DNA of 64,000 nucleotides from Camelus dromedarius (GCF_036321535.1 NC_087437.1:40984001-41048000); one strand, 5' to 3'. Shown: positions 37,400 through 55,545, counted from the stretch's first letter. Made by a program: numbers and translations. The notes: generated by a model from the sequence alone, not told the origin.

Positions 37400-39060
37400 C
37401 ACATAAAAAGCAAAACTATAAATATTTTAGAAGAAAACATAAGAAGAATATCTGTGACTTATTGGTAGGCAAAGATTTTTTTGGGCAGAACACAGAAAAG
37501 CAATAACTATGCAAGAAAAAATGGATAAATTGGACTTCATCATAATTAAAAACTGCTCATCAAGAAAATAAATAATAGAGCCATCAGATGGAGAAAATAG
37601 TCACAAAACATATATCTGAAAATGAACTCATATTCAGAATACAGAAAGAAGTCCTTTAACTCCATCATAAGAAACACAATCCAATAAAAAACTGAATATT
37701 TGAGCAGACACTTCACAAAGGAAAATATGCAAATGGCTGGTAAACATATGAAAACTCAAGATCTAGGTGCTAAGTATGTTGTTGCTACTAGAATACCATT
37801 GTTTAAATGATTAGTGGACAGAACTAAGAAGTACATTTTTTCTTAAATCATGAGTTAATGTTGATATTTCTAATTCAAATGAAACACTATAGCATTTTCC
37901 ATACTTGATTTTATTTTATATGTGTATCTCTTCTATCTTACAGTGAAATCTTGGTTCCTAATTTCATGAATACACTTGCTTATTTACTTTATTCTACAAT
38001 TACATTACAAAACTTCAGAATTATAATACCTGTATGATTACCAATAATATATTTAGTAAAGTTTAAGTTTTCTTTTTCAGTTCCTTTTGTCTTTGGGATA
38101 TATTTCACTAAGGATGTATAGAGTACTTGGTCAAAATCTTCTTCCATCTCAATTATTTTCTCTTTTATTATTTTATCAGTTTGATTTATAGTTAGGTTGA
38201 TTTGTTTAATATGTCAAAAGAATGATAAAAATAGAAAATCATTATTTGGCAATTCCCCATGTAATAAAGTGATTCAAGGTTGTCAATGTATTTTAAAACC
38301 TTTGGCTAAAAATTTGTTAAGGATGAGATATTCACATGGCCTCAAGATAACACCCTACTCGTGGGATTAATTATATAGGGTATATTTTGCAGTCACCACT
38401 TAACCAAGTGATCAAACTTAGCAACAACAACAGTAGGACAACATGACATTATATTTCCTGAAGTGATGCAGTAAAAAAATACACAAGTTACCTATGAAGT
38501 ATTCTTGCCAAAACATTTAATGTGAATGTTATCATGAGGGTGATAATCAGACAAATTCAGAATGTAGGACATTCTACAAGATAACTGGCCTGGAGGCTTA
38601 AACAATGGCAATGTCATAGGAAGTTAAAAAAAAGTAGTGAAAATTGTTCTAGATTAAAAGATTACTCAGAAACATAACCAAGTGCAAAGCATAAATCTTG
38701 ACTAGGTCTTAGATTAAAAAATACAAACTTCAAAACATCTTTTGTGACAATTGGGAAAATTTGAATAGCATATTATATTTTGATGCAAATTATTGTTAAT
38801 TTTTTTCAGGTAAGGTAATGGTATTGTGTTTATGTAGAGGATATTCTTTTCTTAGTAAGTTTATGCAGAAAATTTTGAAGTGTTTCAGTGTCTATAGTTT
38901 ATTTTCAAATGGCTTAGCATATATACACATATAGAAAGAGCTAAAGCCAATTTGGCAAAACATTAATAACTAGCAAATGTAGATTATGGGATAGGAGTGT
39001 TTATTTTAGTATTCTTTCAACATCTATGTATGTGTGAAATTTTTTCATAAGAAAAATTAG
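37400..39060. mobile_element. Cluster of old L1 fragments in both orientations
   Basis: ttggacttcatcataattaaaaac, gacacttcacaaaggaaaatatgcaaatggc, cagaatgtaggacattctacaagataactggcctg. Confidence 0.6.
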
Positions 39061-42000
39061 AAGAAAATAAGGTGGAATTCAGGATGGTTGAGAGGGTAAT
39101 CTGAGTTGTTGTCACCAGGTGGTGCTGGTGCTTTTTGAATAAAGCTAAATAAACAGGCAAAATTGTTGCCAATAAATTGGATATTTATTTAGGAAAAATT
39201 TGGGTGGGAGGGGTCATGGACTATAAATCTAGCTTTTAAATTTTGCCAGTTTTCACTTTTGTTTGCATTATTATATTCTACATAAACTGAAAAGTCTCAG
39301 CTATAAATTTTCTTTGTCTTACAGTCTGCCTCTGTCCTGTCCCTTTCCTTTTCCAGGCCCTTATTTACTTCTCCGAAGGGCTGCCTCAGTGGTTCCCTCC
39401 ACCAGAGGCCACTCTGATCCACCTGCTGACACAGTAACCTTCCTGCAGCATTTCTGTCCCCTTCATCATCTCCCCACTTCCTTCCAAATAATTTCCTCTC
39501 CTCAGCTAAGTGTTGAAATTGATACCCGTCTGCTTCCTCAGTGTATCTCCCATTATTGCCTTGCATTGACTTTATTCATGAGACTCCTTCATTGCTGTCC
39601 TTTTTTTAAAAATTAATTTTACACACTTTGTTTCCCGTGAGTGTTTCACTTCATATATCCCCATATCTATGACGCCCTTCTGCCCAACTAGACAAAGTCT
39701 GACCTTACTCTCATCAAAACTCAGGTTACATGTCATTTTCTTTGTTATCTTCCCAAACACCGCATTCAGAAATCTTCCTCTCACAGCTCTTTGTAATTTT
39801 CTTATTATCACATTTTTGTATTATGTCATAATTATGTGTGAACACTAAATTATAAACACTTTGAAGGTAGGTAGTTTGTCTTTTTAGTCTCCTCATTGTG
39901 TTTAGTACTATGTGGCACTCACTAAGGTCAGTGGAATTGAATTTCAGGATGATTCAAAGCTAGTCTGCAGCAGTGGTGAAAGTGCTGACCAGTCACCACC
40001 TGGTTGCCAGCCTCACTCTGGCTTTACATTTCACCGACACGCAACGAGGAGCCACTAGAGTGAGAAACCAACCTGGATTAAGGATGTGCATGGTTTATCA
40101 ATCCTCACTAACCTAAAAATCAATCAATTTGAAATAAAATTTCCATTCAGTTTGACCCTATATGTCAAAACACTTAAACTTTTGCATGTAATTTGATCCC
40201 TGTATTCTACTTCTAGGTAAGAACATGGTAAAAATGCTCAAAGATTTGTTTGAAGAATATTTGGAAGGACATGTTTATAAAAGATAAAAATTAGAAGTTG
40301 CATAACTACCCAACAATACAGGGTAGTTAAACAAATTCTAATATATCCATACAATGAATTACTATGTAATGAATTACATTAGTAATATTTAGTGAATTGA
40401 GAATTCTCTAAATGTTTAGAGAATAATAGTGACATAGAGGTTCCAATGTATTACGTGGAAAAAAATTGCAGAATAGTGTTGACATCGTAATACCGTTTAA
40501 CGGAGGAAAAAAAATATCCCATAGAAAGGAGACTGAACATGATGGCAGAGATGTTTCCAGGTTTGGAGATTATTTTCAGTTTTCTCTGTTGCTATCTTTT
40601 TTTTTCCCCCCAAGTTTTAATGATGTTTTCTTAGCTATACTAAGAAAACAATAACAAAAGTTATTTTTAGGAAACAATTATATCTCAAATGTTATTTTAT
40701 CATAGACACAAAATTCAATAATGCAGGAAGGAATTTTGGTCACTAACACTTGTTCTTGGGCCTCACACAGAACCAAGGGACAGGAAGGGCCAAACGATGT
40801 CACAAGGGGAAACAGTATTAGAGGCCAGAAAAGCTAAGGAACCCAGGCAGAAAAAAAAGAGCATTAAGAAGCTCAGTTAGCATGCTAAGAACAGAGGGAG
40901 ACAGGAGTACAAGTAGGAGAACCAGAGAAATCAGGCAGAGACCAAGATTGTAATGTAGTGGGAAGATAACGACACTTAGAGATCTAGGAACAGTGCTTAG
41001 TAGGTGGTTTACTGAATAGGTGGTCTTGAGTAAATCATTTATATTTTTGAGGGTTGGAAAATGCTTTGAACTTATTCTTACTCCCATTTAAGTGAGTAGA
41101 GTAGCATTCAGAAAATATAAGTGAAATCATATATGTAAGCTTGGGTTTCTCAATATTAGCACTACGGGCATTTTGGATCAATACTTCTTTGATGTGGAGA
41201 GCTGTCTCACATGAACAGGTGCACTAGTATGGGAAAATAAGTGATGATGTCAATTTAATAATAATAAAAAAAGGAGAGTTGCCCAGTGAGAGGATAGCAA
41301 ATGGGAGGCATTTTGTGGTTCATAATGAAACTAAGATTGGTACACCTTTTAACATAAAATCTCCCTAAATTCTCAGTATATATCTCACCAAACAGTGCTT
41401 TCCTCTGGTTAGGGACTCAGGAAAACTTCAGAATCTGCAGCTGGCAGGCATATGCAACAAACCTATCCAAGTCAAGTCAAGCCACCAGTAAACAGTATCT
41501 TGTGTAAGTGATTTTAAGCTCAATCTTTGTCAGAAAGGGATCTCTTATATCCTTCCTGTCTGTGCAGAGATGGGGCCTTAGGATAGGTGAGCCTGAGGGG
41601 GTCCAGACATGTGTAAGAGGGCGAGTTACTCTCCCCGACTTGGAGGAGTGAAAACGGTAAGGGAAGCGGGTTTTACTCTGTGGAGCTATTTGTGGCTATG
41701 GAGGACTATAGCTCTTCAAATCGTTGTACTATGTTAAATCCCCCCAAATTTGGAGTATGTTTTGTTTACATTAGTCCCATTTATTTTATTTTTTAATGAT
41801 AACTGTCATGATTATTTCCACAATTCTCCTTAAATTTATTCCAAAGTAGGAATATGACTTGAATAAAAATAGGAATTAAAATTTAACTTCATGTTTAACT
41901 TGTAGATTTCATTTTTGAACATAAATTTAAATACACAATCTAAACATTTTCATATTTTAAAGATTGGAAAACCATAAAGAAAAACAACTGAAAAGAGAAT

Positions 42001-42072
42001 AGAATTTGTAATTTCACCACCCAGATAGACCCATTATTCATATTTTGGTTTATAGCCTTTAGACTTCTTAAA

Positions 42073-42266
42073 TCAGTAGTTCTGAACCCAGCCTACAGAT
42101 TGGATTCACTGAAGGAACTTTTAAAATGTAGCTGTCATCAGTCTCATCCCAGAAAATTAAGCCAGAATCCCAGGGATGTGGGAAATAGGTGGGAATCCAG
42201 GCATAGGTAATTATTTTTAAGCTTCACAGGCAATTCTAATGTGTGGACCGGGTTGAGAACCACCGT
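42073..42266. mobile_element. hAT MITE (MER5-like)
   Basis: TIRs cagtagttctgaac / gttgagaaccaccg; aggcaattctaatgtg. Confidence 0.65.
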
Positions 42267-42304
42267 CTTAAATGAGTGATGTAGTAGTGCTATTGTCTCT
42301 AGCT

Positions 42305-42633
42305 TAAAAAAAAAAGACACAAATGAACTTATTTACAAAACAGAAACAGACTCACAGACATAGAAAACAAACTTAAGGTTACCAGTGGGGGAAGGGTAGG
42401 GGAAGGGATAAAATAGGAGTTCGAGATTTGCAGATGTAACTACTATATATAAAATAGATAAACAAGTTTATACTGTATAGCACAGGGAACTATATTCAAT
42501 ATCCTGTAGTAACCTATAGTGAAAAAGATTATGAAAATGATTACATGTATGTATATGGATGACCGAAACATTATGCTTTACACTAGAAATTGACATGATA
42601 TTGTAAACTGACTATACTTCAATTAAAAAAAAG
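42305..42633 (+). mobile_element. L1 3' end
   Basis: acaaatgaacttatttacaaaacagaaacagactcacagacatagaaaacaaactt…actatacttcaattaaaaaa. Confidence 0.85.
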
Positions 42634-44937
42634 TTACTGTCTTTTACCTACCATAGGTCTCTCTTTTTAAAAAAAATGCTTTGAGTTTTGGGGATTTTAT
42701 AAATGCATTGCCATCTCACAATATAAACAATGTCTTTTGAGAAGGAGGTTTTACTAAATATTGTGTCTTCCTAATGCAAAGAATTTCTGTGGCTTGTAGG
42801 GAGGTCTTGTAATGATGATAGATGGTTCCCAGGTTATTGTGTATATGACTCCAAGGTGTAGAGAGATGGAGCTGTTTACCTTCCTAATTACTCCATGCCC
42901 ACATCTGGACCATCACTCCCACTCTCTGTTCCTTCTCCCAATCTTGGGCATCAATGTCTAACCTTTCTTACAAATAGATGGAAGGAGGGCCAGTGTTCAG
43001 TGACTCACAGGCACACCCTCCTCTGCCCATCTTCCCCTCCTCTTTAAAAAGAAATATTTCCTGACTATCACCTGTATCACTGACAATTGAATTCTTTACA
43101 AGAGCCAGCATTGGCACTGCTCTCTTACCCCCTTCCTCCCACTCTCTCCACCCTTTCTTTTCTGTTGTTATGGCAGGGGGAAAAATTAAGAAGTTGGAAT
43201 CTTGGCATAACATTTTTCAGAAATTGCCTGGTCTTGTGTTATTAGAGGGGGAAAAAATAGGAAAACCTACAGAAAACACTTAGAAAAACTGTTTTTGCCT
43301 GGAATTTTTGTATGTAATTTTCCCCATAAATTAGATAGGTCTAGGCCAAGAACTATCACTGTCTTGCCCCTGTTTGCTTTTTTTCATTTCAACAACCAGC
43401 ACTTGTTTTTCTTTCCGGTGGCACATGTCATTATGAAGAATTTGTTATTGCTGGCTCATTTGGTTGGTTGATTTTAATCATTTCATAGAGTTAGTGTATT
43501 TGCTACAATGAGTGGAGAAAGGTAAAACCATGAGGAGATTCAAGCTAGCACAGTAGCCTCTGAACACTTTAATCAATGTGGGTGAGGGTGGTCGCTAGTG
43601 CTTTTGCTTCCACTTTGAAAAGATACTTCCCAAGAGTTACACCTTCCCTTTACTCATGCCTATCTATATACATGTTTCAACTAAAGTATTGAGGAAAAGG
43701 GGTAACTGAGAACATGGGGAGAATTTGTACCTATCCTACTTATTCTAATTATTTTATATAAGTAATTTATTTGTATTTATCAGAAAAAAACCCCAAAACC
43801 CTTTATTTTTCTCTTTCCTAATGTAGTATGTGTTTATTGTAGAAATTTAAAAAATAGAGATAAATGACATAGGAAAAACCTTCACCTGTAAAAAATAAAA
43901 ATCCATTTCTGATTCTACAGTAGAGAAAAACATTATTGCTATGTAGGGCTATAACATATCCTTTAAGTAAGGCTTATGTGTACATACCATTTTATTTGCT
44001 TCTCTTTTTCTTTCTCACATGCACAAAAAAATGGGTTTAAGTTTTTAAAAATTTAATGTATTGAGAATGTATTTCCATGTTACTAACTATTATTTGTCAG
44101 CATCATTTTTAATAGAAGTCCAATATTCCGCTGGCTGAACAGGTCATAATTTATTTAACTAATCTCCTATTGTAATTATTTATATTCTTCTCTTAGTAAG
44201 CAATATACAATAAACAAAAGGATATGCTTTTTAAAGACCCTTAACTTCTAGTGTGTGTATCTGTTTTTTTTTTTTTAGGGTTTATTCCAGCATCTAGTTT
44301 TGCAGTAAGATAGCAATTGAAATTGTAGGCAATAAGATGTTACCATTGGTTTATTATATCTTTCATTCATTTATCTAACAAATACTGCCTACTTTGTACC
44401 AGGATCTGTGCTAGGTACTTAGGATATAATGATGAAGAAGATAGAAGTGGTCCTCATTTTGAGGAAGTATAGTTTTATGTGGGAGAAACACAATAAATAA
44501 TTAAAAAGTCATTGGATAGGTGCCATTATAGAAGAAGTACACACATCCAAGGGGGGACGTAAGAGAGGCAACTCTTCCAGAGTCTAGAGAAGGGTGGTTA
44601 ATGGGAAATGTTCATTTGCATGAGAATTCCCTGTGCCATATATTCTCATGGTGGGAAAAGACTTCAGATGTCATTTAGTTCAAACCTCTTTTGCTGCTGG
44701 AATTTTCTGTGTCAAGTGGTGATGCAGTACATAGGGCTTTGCAGTATAATCAAAGGGTTTAGACTACCTGGGTTTGAGTCCTGGCTCTACTTATTTACTA
44801 TCTGCAAGTGTGATTTCAGGCAAGTTGCTTAAAACCTCTGTGCCTGTTTTATCCCTAAAATGAAATAATAATAGTATCCACTTAAAGAAGATTTAATATA
44901 GGTAAGGCATTTAAAAGAACGTCTGGCACATAAAATA

Positions 44938-45300
44938 CCACCCCGAACTTAGGATAGTTTGGCTTACGATTTTTTGACTTTACACTGGTACGAAAGTGAT
45001 ACTCATTCAGTGGAAACTGGACTTTGAATTTTGAATTTTTCCCAGGCTAGCAATATGCAGTATGATATTCTTTCATGATGCTGGGCAGTGGCAGTGAGTC
45101 TGAGCTCCCAGTCAACGTGATTACGAGGGTAAACAACTCGTACTGTACAGTGTCCTGTGTCTGAGCATGGTTAAGTTAGGCTAGGCTAAGCTATAATGTT
45201 TGGTAGGTTAGGTGTATAAAATGCATTTTCAACTTATGATATTTTTAGCTTACAGTGGGTTTATTGGGAGATAACCCCATCATAAGCTGAGGAGCATCTG
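44938..45300. mobile_element. Tigger-family MITE (MER47-like), next to a MIR at ~44740-44930
   Basis: ggctaggctaagctataatgtttggtaggttaggtgta…aaccccatcataagctgaggagcatctg|ta. Confidence 0.75.
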
Positions 45301-47729
45301 TACATGTAATTTGTGTATACTCAATTCACACAACGGTCATGTTAATAGGGAACTCACTGTCCACCAAAGCATTTGATTGCTAGAAAGTTATTTTTCGTGA
45401 TAGGTTGAAATTGGGCCCCCGTTGCTTTTATCTAGAAGACATTCCCACCTGAAAAATGAAAGAAATTTCATGGAGGCAATTTTTGGTTCAATTTAGTGAA
45501 GTAGTTTCTAACATTTAAAGCTGTCTAACAGAAGTGGACAAGAAGGGGTGATTTTCACAAGTTAAAATAACCACACAGCCTCGTGGTTGCAGAGAGTTCT
45601 CTGAATAAAATTCAAAGTAGCAGATTTCAGAGCTTATCTGTACTGCAAGTGGACTATGAAATACATTCGGAAAGCACGTGAACATAGATACATTAAACTT
45701 TGATTTTGCAATATAGTGACACTGTTCTTGGCAACCCCAATTTGAAATGACAGATTTGCGTAAGAACATGAGCATGTTATCGTGCATTGAGTTCCGCCAA
45801 GAAGTTAATATTCCCACAACGCTCAGATTAAACTTGGCTCTACAACAGAGAGTTGCAGATCATTTTTCTTTGTTACTTTTGAATCAATCAATACTTGTGA
45901 TGAAATTTAGATTATGACATTGGCCATCAAAACCAGCCTTTTACCAGAGACCTCTCAAAGTATTTTTCCTGCAATGAAGAGACATTAGAAACAAGGCAAA
46001 AGGAACCATGCTACATTTTGATGAGCTAGTTTCCGAGGCTTACGTGAAATAAATATGCTTACTACTGAGAGAGATTCTCATCATGAGTTTCCTAGCGTGA
46101 AAGTTTTATGGCGGATTTTGGACTAATGGAAACAACGATGCTTTGGAACAGAGTGTAAGTGGGAGCTGATGTGTGTTTATCAGTTTTGAATTGATTTACA
46201 ATTCATGAAGCCCTTAGTTGGCAGGAAAGAATGACTACTGCATGAGGCACCTTGGTGAAGATCACAGGGATAGTCAGCAGAGGCCTAGTAAATAGTAGAT
46301 CAAGGCTGTGAATGGTGACTTGGCAGGAGCCGACTGCTACTGCTGCAGGGGCTGTTGGTAACGAGGAAGGGCTGACCAGCCCTTCCTGTATGGCATTTTC
46401 ATACCCTTCATATATAATCTGAGTTACATAACTGAGCAGCTTCTTCACTGAGGACATGACTCAAGTTGGATTATTTTTAGGGTCAAACTACTATAATTCC
46501 TGGAAACTATGTAGAGATTTACATCTGAAAATTGGAAGTGGTGTAGTATAGGATAACATTATAATACATTGTTGGGTTTTTTTTTTCTTTAAAAAATGTG
46601 GGTCCTCCACTTTTAGATAAGTTTACCAACTTAGAAGGGGCAATTTCTTTTGCTCATTCGAACTCAGAACTGACTTCCTTATCTTCCTCTTGAAACCACT
46701 TCTTTTCTCAGTGAATTTTGGCATCATCCATTCAAGCCAGCCAGGCTCATATCTGAACCTCAAGCCTGTAGAGTCTCACAATTGGACCTTAAAAGGTCCT
46801 TAATCCAATCACCATTTGGTGCTAAAAGCCTTTACCACTACCTAATTTGTGATTCCCCAAGTATTTGAGTACCTACTCAGTACCAGGCACCGTACTCATT
46901 CTACTGAATAATCATTTCTGCCAGATACTAAGCACCTCTGGAAAGAAAGAAGGTAGAGTCAAAACAAGGCGCAGACAGCCCTAATGGAAGACAGCTAAGA
47001 ACACTTTAATACGATGCAGTGAGTACTTTGCAGAGGTCATGCAGAGGACTGGGAGGAAGAGAGGAAGGATTCCTAGCTCAGAGGAGGCTCCAGGAAGGCA
47101 AGGTAGGCCTGCTTTCTAGAATAGGGAACACTAGAACTGAGTCTTGAAGGATGAATAGGTGTGATCCAGGTGGCAAATGTGTGTTCTAGGCAAGGAAACT
47201 GCATGGGCAAAAGCACAGAGAGACCATGTGTATCTTTCTAAATCTTGGTTTCCTCATCTGTAAGTGTTTATAGAAGTGTTATGAAGAATAAGTGAGGAAA
47301 CGTTTATCTTTATAATGGACAGAGTAAGTACTCACCAAATTCTAATTATTATAACATCATCATTATTATTACAACCACTACAAGATATAGGTGCAGAGAT
47401 TTGCAAGATAACAGTATAGCAACTAGATGACACCTCTTCCCACCGGCTGCAGGTCCATAATTCTTGCCTGATAAATACGCTAACATATCTATCGTGGGAA
47501 TGTTTAATCTGAAACAATCTCAGAGCCTAGTGCTACTAGATACTTAAGCCATAACAATTCCCTTGGTTGCTAACTTTCCGTGTTCATTAGGAACCATGTT
47601 GCTTCCCTTGGGGCCAGGTCAGGTCAACATGAGTCTCCAGATTGCTCAACAACTCTGTTTCCTCATTGTAAAATAATTTGCCACTTTGGTATTATGATTA
47701 GTCTCTTACTAGTTTGGTAATAACACTCA

Positions 47730-47950
47730 CAAAGCACTGACTATGTGCCACACACTGGTCTTCACAGTATTCAAATATTAACTCATTTAATTCTCATAAC
47801 AACCCTAGAAGGTAGCTCCTATTATTATTGTAATTTTTTAAATGTGGAAACTGAGGCACAGGGAGGTTAAGTAACTTGCAGCTAGTAAAGGGTAAAGCCC
47901 AAATTCAAACTGAGATGGTTTAGCTTCAGAGTCCCAGTTCTTTACCTCTA
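47730..47950 (-). mobile_element. MIR
   Basis: ctcatttaattctcataacaaccct…ggaaactgaggcacagggaggttaagtaacttgc. Confidence 0.75.
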
Positions 47951-50900
47951 CATGCATTGCATCCCTGAAGCCAGGCAGCTCTAGGGCCCTATGGGACTGA
48001 TTTTCTGAGCCTACAAGGCTGAGGTCAGACCATGACTATGGTAAATGCAGCAAGATAAACACCACTTTGCTGGGTTTGTCTGGGTGCCTTTGGAAGCTGG
48101 TCTTCTGAAGCACCTGGATATCAGCCTTGGTTTTGGAGTTTAGACCTCACAGTCCTTCCTTAGCTGACTAGAGAGAGTGGCTGGTCATCTCTTGTTTTCA
48201 AGATATCAAATGTACCGGCCTGCACCAAGATTTCATTTTACCTTGCATTGGATCTAAAGTTTGTCCTAATATAAATAGGAAGGGACCTCAGGTCTGAAAA
48301 AAATCTCTGAGGCCTATAGCAGAACAGATCTTTAGCCATATTTTGAGTGGAAATTTACATTCCTTAGGTTTAGAAGTGGTTATTCCATTCCCATGGATAA
48401 TTTTATGATGTGAATTTTTCTTTGATGAAAACAGAGGTGGCCAGTGGCCCACCATTCCAGTGTCCCTAGGAGAGCTCTACACAGGAGCCATACTCCAGGA
48501 GGACACACGCTGCTTATTCCTGTGTAACTTTGACCCCACTCCTTTGAGACATCCTGGCTTTGCTAAACTCGGTGAACTGTGAATGAACCAGAAGGACTCC
48601 CTTTTGCATTTCTGGCCTAGAGCTGAATCTGAAAACAGGTCTTTCCTCAGAGCCGACACTCCGTACTTGACCTTTGGGGTCTTAACCACACTGATGACAA
48701 AAAGAAGCAAGGACAGGTGAATTGCTACCCCCCAGAGCAGTACTGGGCTCTGTCTCCCCACCTTAGGCTTCTTCAGGGCAGAGCCCCTCTCGAGACAAGT
48801 CTCAAACCTGTCCACACCAGCATCCTGAAGACAACAAGTTGAGGAAGCTAAGAACCAAAAGAAGCTGGAAAGAAAGAGATAACCTCAAATAGCCCTTCAT
48901 GCCAAAGCAAGGGCTTTTACCTTCTTCTGACCCACTGGAAGCTGCAACTCCTAACAACCCACCTTCAGAGCATCCCCTCCAGTGCTCCTTGAGGGAAGAT
49001 GAGATTGTGTTGAGTGCGGGTGGAGGTGGAAGAAGCTGGAGGTGGGGTGGCACTTGAGCTTCCCTAGAAGTTGACTTGTGTTGCAAATGCCTTATAAAGG
49101 ATAAATACAGTCATGGCCTCAACTGACCTGCTCTTGAAATTCACAGATGGGATAAGATACAGCATATCATGGCGTTGAAGGGCAGGGACTCTGAGTCCAA
49201 CTGCCTCAGCTTGAAACCTGCTCTACAGTTTACTAGTTAAGTGACCTTGTACAATTTACTTAACCTCCCCCTGCCTCGATTTCCTCATGACAGTAGAGTT
49301 TAGAATGGTAAAACTCTTGGGGAGGAGAGTGTATGACAGTGGTACGGGTTATATGCCTAGACAAATCCAGTTATAGCTAGAGACTTCAATACTTCTCTCT
49401 CAGTAATCAGAGAACAAGCAAAGGAAGAAATCATCAGTAAGGAAACAGGGGACCTGAACAACACTATCAACCAGCTTGACCTGACCGACATTCATAGAAC
49501 ACCCTACCCCACAACACAGACCACACAACTAGACTCTCCTCCAGGTGATCTAATGCCAAAGTTATTAAAGGTTTCCTTTGTATTTAATTTCTAACTTGAT
49601 AATGAAATTTTATATAATTGCAGAGCCAAGAGAACAATGATTCTTCACAGTATGCATAACTCATCTCACATTTTTTCTCTTCTGATAGTTCTATCACATT
49701 TGCATGATTAGGCACTTTTTGCTTTTGGAAAGTGTGGTGTGAGGGTCACGTTTGCCGTTCATCCCTCTTCTGCTGCTGCCCCTGGAATGTTAGTGGGCAG
49801 TGGAGGATGACAGAGATGGGAAAGGGAATCTGGAGATGGGCACTGAATTACCAAAAATATTTCTATGTGTATTCTTATTTGACAGTAACAATGATGTGGG
49901 ACATGAGGATGGGTCTTTGGCCATGTTGTCACGCCATTATTTGCTGTTATTTTGCTTAGCTTTTACTGAACAGCTCTGGCCTCAGAAATCATCATCACCT
50001 GTAATCCAAGATTGTTTTTCTTACATATAAAATATACTTTTTAGCACCAGTTAAGGATAATGTAACACAGTGGATCCTATACACAGGGAAATAAAAATTG
50101 AAAAGAAAAGCATTTAGTGAGAAGAGCATGAGATGGAGCAAGCATATAATAGAGAAATCTTTACCGGGGTCGTTGAATCACTGTCGTGACTTCCCCTGGG
50201 TTTTGCTTGCCCATGCCCTCCTGCTGAGATAGATGTGCTTTTTTGCAAGGCAAAATCGCAGATGAGTAAATCAGAAGGTGCTTATTCACTTTTATCATCA
50301 CAGCACCCCACATGTCAATTCAAGGAAATACTAGTGAAGAAAATTCTGTGGGTTTGTGGAATCAGAAACCAAATTACTTTTAGAATTAAAATAATCAGAG
50401 TAGGGACAGCATCAGTCACTTATCCAATGAAACAGAAAAGCCCCGATGGAGATCATCTTGGTGCATTAGGAAAATGACCTCAGGGCTCCCGCTGACAGGA
50501 CACTTTCCCCAAGTACTATTAATTATAATGCATTATTAGCTAACTGCAGGCTGTGGACACCCTTTGCATGTTAACTAAAGTGCAACAGCCATTTAGTTAG
50601 TGGGGCTTGCTCAGTCTTTAGAATTGTCTTAATCATTAGTGAATCAGTTAAACTGTAACGTTAGGAGATAAATATAATCACCAGTATCACTTGGGAACAA
50701 GTCTGAACTGGAACTGGTTGCCAGAGTCTCTGGGTACAGATATTCCTGACTGTGCAGATTGATGGGTGACAATCAGTGCAACTCTGGACCGAGACAGCCT
50801 CATCCCTGCCTCCTCAGGGTTACATGATATGAGATCGTTGTGGGGTTGATTTCTGGTTCAGAGTGTGGTAGGTTTTAAGACAGGGAAAGTGGTATCCTGG

Positions 50901-51692
50901 CCTCTATATTCAGTTCTTAATCATTCAGAAATTGATGATGCAGTTAGCAGATTTTTGAAGCATGTTCCTTTCAGTGCTCTCTTTTTGGGCCATTTCACTG
51001 ATTGTTAATGACTCCACCTGAGCAGGTCTGGAAATGACGCTGAAACCCAGCCAAGCCTCCTTGGCAGTTCTGGAAAAGGGTTTTGAGTGTTAGCTTGGAG
51101 ACTGTGAAGAGAAGCGCAAACTGTTTGTTAGGATTCTCTCTGGATTTTGATGATCGGCATAGTCCTCTTCTGCTGCAAATCACCCAGACTCAACAGAATA
51201 AACAAGGCTTAACTGATTTGATTTTGATTCGTGTTTTGATGACTGACCCTCAGTAGAAAAAAAACGGGGGAAAAAAAAATCACTCCTCAAGTGACCTGAG
51301 AAGAACTCCATTACCATTCATTTTATCGAAATTTTAAAAAACATTTAAAACATTAAAATACTTTTTATGAATTTTATGTACAGTAAAATTCACCCTTTTT
51401 GGCATACCGTTCTATAAGACAAATATATAGTCCTGCAAACCACCAGTACAATCATAAACGTTTGTATTATTCCTTTCAGCCTGAAGAAATGCTAAGAAAA
51501 TGTCTTTAGAATTTCTTTTAGAATGGGTCTACTGGCAAAAAAATCTCTTGGTTTTTCTTCATCTGAAAATGTTATTTCTTCCCCTTCATCTCTAAAGGAT
51601 ATTTTCCCTAGATAAACCAATTTATGTTTCCACAAGCAGGGTATCAGGGCCCTGTTTTCTTAGGAATTTTGCCAGCCTCAGTAATACCATTT

Positions 51693-51903
51693 AAAAAAAA
51701 TTCTTTTATTAAAGTGTTGATTTACAATGTGAGTTAGTTTCAGGTGTACAGCCAAGTAATTCAGTTGTACATATATATATTTTTTTCTTTTCAGATGCTT
51801 TTACATTATATGTTGTTACAAGAAATTGAATATAGTTCCCCGTGCTGCACAATAGGTCCTCATTATCTACTTTAAATATGATAACTTGTCTCTGTCAGTA
51901 CTG
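51693..51903 (-). mobile_element. Short L1 3' end with TSD
   Basis: gttgatttacaatgtg…aatatagttccccgtgct; TSD tcagtaataccattt (51678-51692) / tcagtagtaccattt (51904-51918). Confidence 0.8.
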
Positions 51904-52020
51904 TCAGTAGTACCATTTTTAATAGCTTAGCCAAATAGACAGGAAAAAATGGCATCTCATTTTTTGGCATTAAGAATATTTGGCCTTTGTTGTATATGTT
52001 GCCAATTTCCCCTCACTTTC

Positions 52021-54633
<2,613 letters not shown>

Positions 54634-55075
54634 CTTATTTATTTTTAAAAGCATACACAAGTGTTTAATTCCTAGGTAGGAAAAGTTATTGCTTCTTTTT
54701 CTTTGCTATTTTTTTTTTGGCTTTTATTTAGGAAGATCTTTTACATCCTAGGTTAGGTAAATATTCATTAACATTTTCTTTTGGCACTTCTACTTGTTTC
54801 CTAAATTTAGCACTTTTCTCTATTTGCAACTAATTGTTTTGGTTAGTGTGAAGTAAGCATCTAAATTTTTTCTAACTGGCAAGCATATGTTCAGTAATAT
54901 CTATTACGTTTTATACACACCCCCCCACACACACCCCTTCCCTTTGTTTGAAATCCTTGTTTTATCAAATATTTATTATTTTTATATAGTTGTGACTGTT
55001 TCTGAGTTTTTAATTCTGTTTTTGCCAATCTATGTATTTATACCATGCCACAATTTTATGATTATAAAGTTTTTA

Positions 55076-55234
55076 GTATTGCCAGATTTAGCAAATTAAA
55101 ATACAGGCCACCTAGTTAAATCTGAATTTCAAATAAGCAATGAATAATTTTTTAGGATATGTATGTTCCAAATAGTGCATGAAATTCCAAAATTCAAATT
55201 TAACTGAGTATCCTGTATTTTATCTGCCAACCCT
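55076..55234. mobile_element. Palindromic hAT MITE (MER53-like)
   Basis: ttgccagattt…aaatacagg…agttaaatctgaattt is inverted with aaattcaaatttaact…cctgtatttt…ccaaccct. Confidence 0.75.
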
Positions 55235-55545
55235 AAATTCCAATATTGGGCCATCCATATTGCCTCCAATTTTTTCCTTTTCCAAAATGTCCTATTTTTT
55301 TCTTTCCCAAGAGAGTAAAGTCCTTTAAGAAATTAACAAGTAGGTACTTTGGGAAAGTTTTTAGTGTGATTAATGGCTACACCAGCAAAAGAAAACAAAA
55401 ATGGGCTACGTTTTCATTCTTCAATAATAGAATAATATTGAAACATGTTAATTCTTTCAAGGCAGTTTGGTCCTCTTCCCATCGTCACCCCTCCCTCAGT
55501 ATGTCTTCTCTTTTTCTCTGCTAGAGGAAAAAGTTCTTCACTATT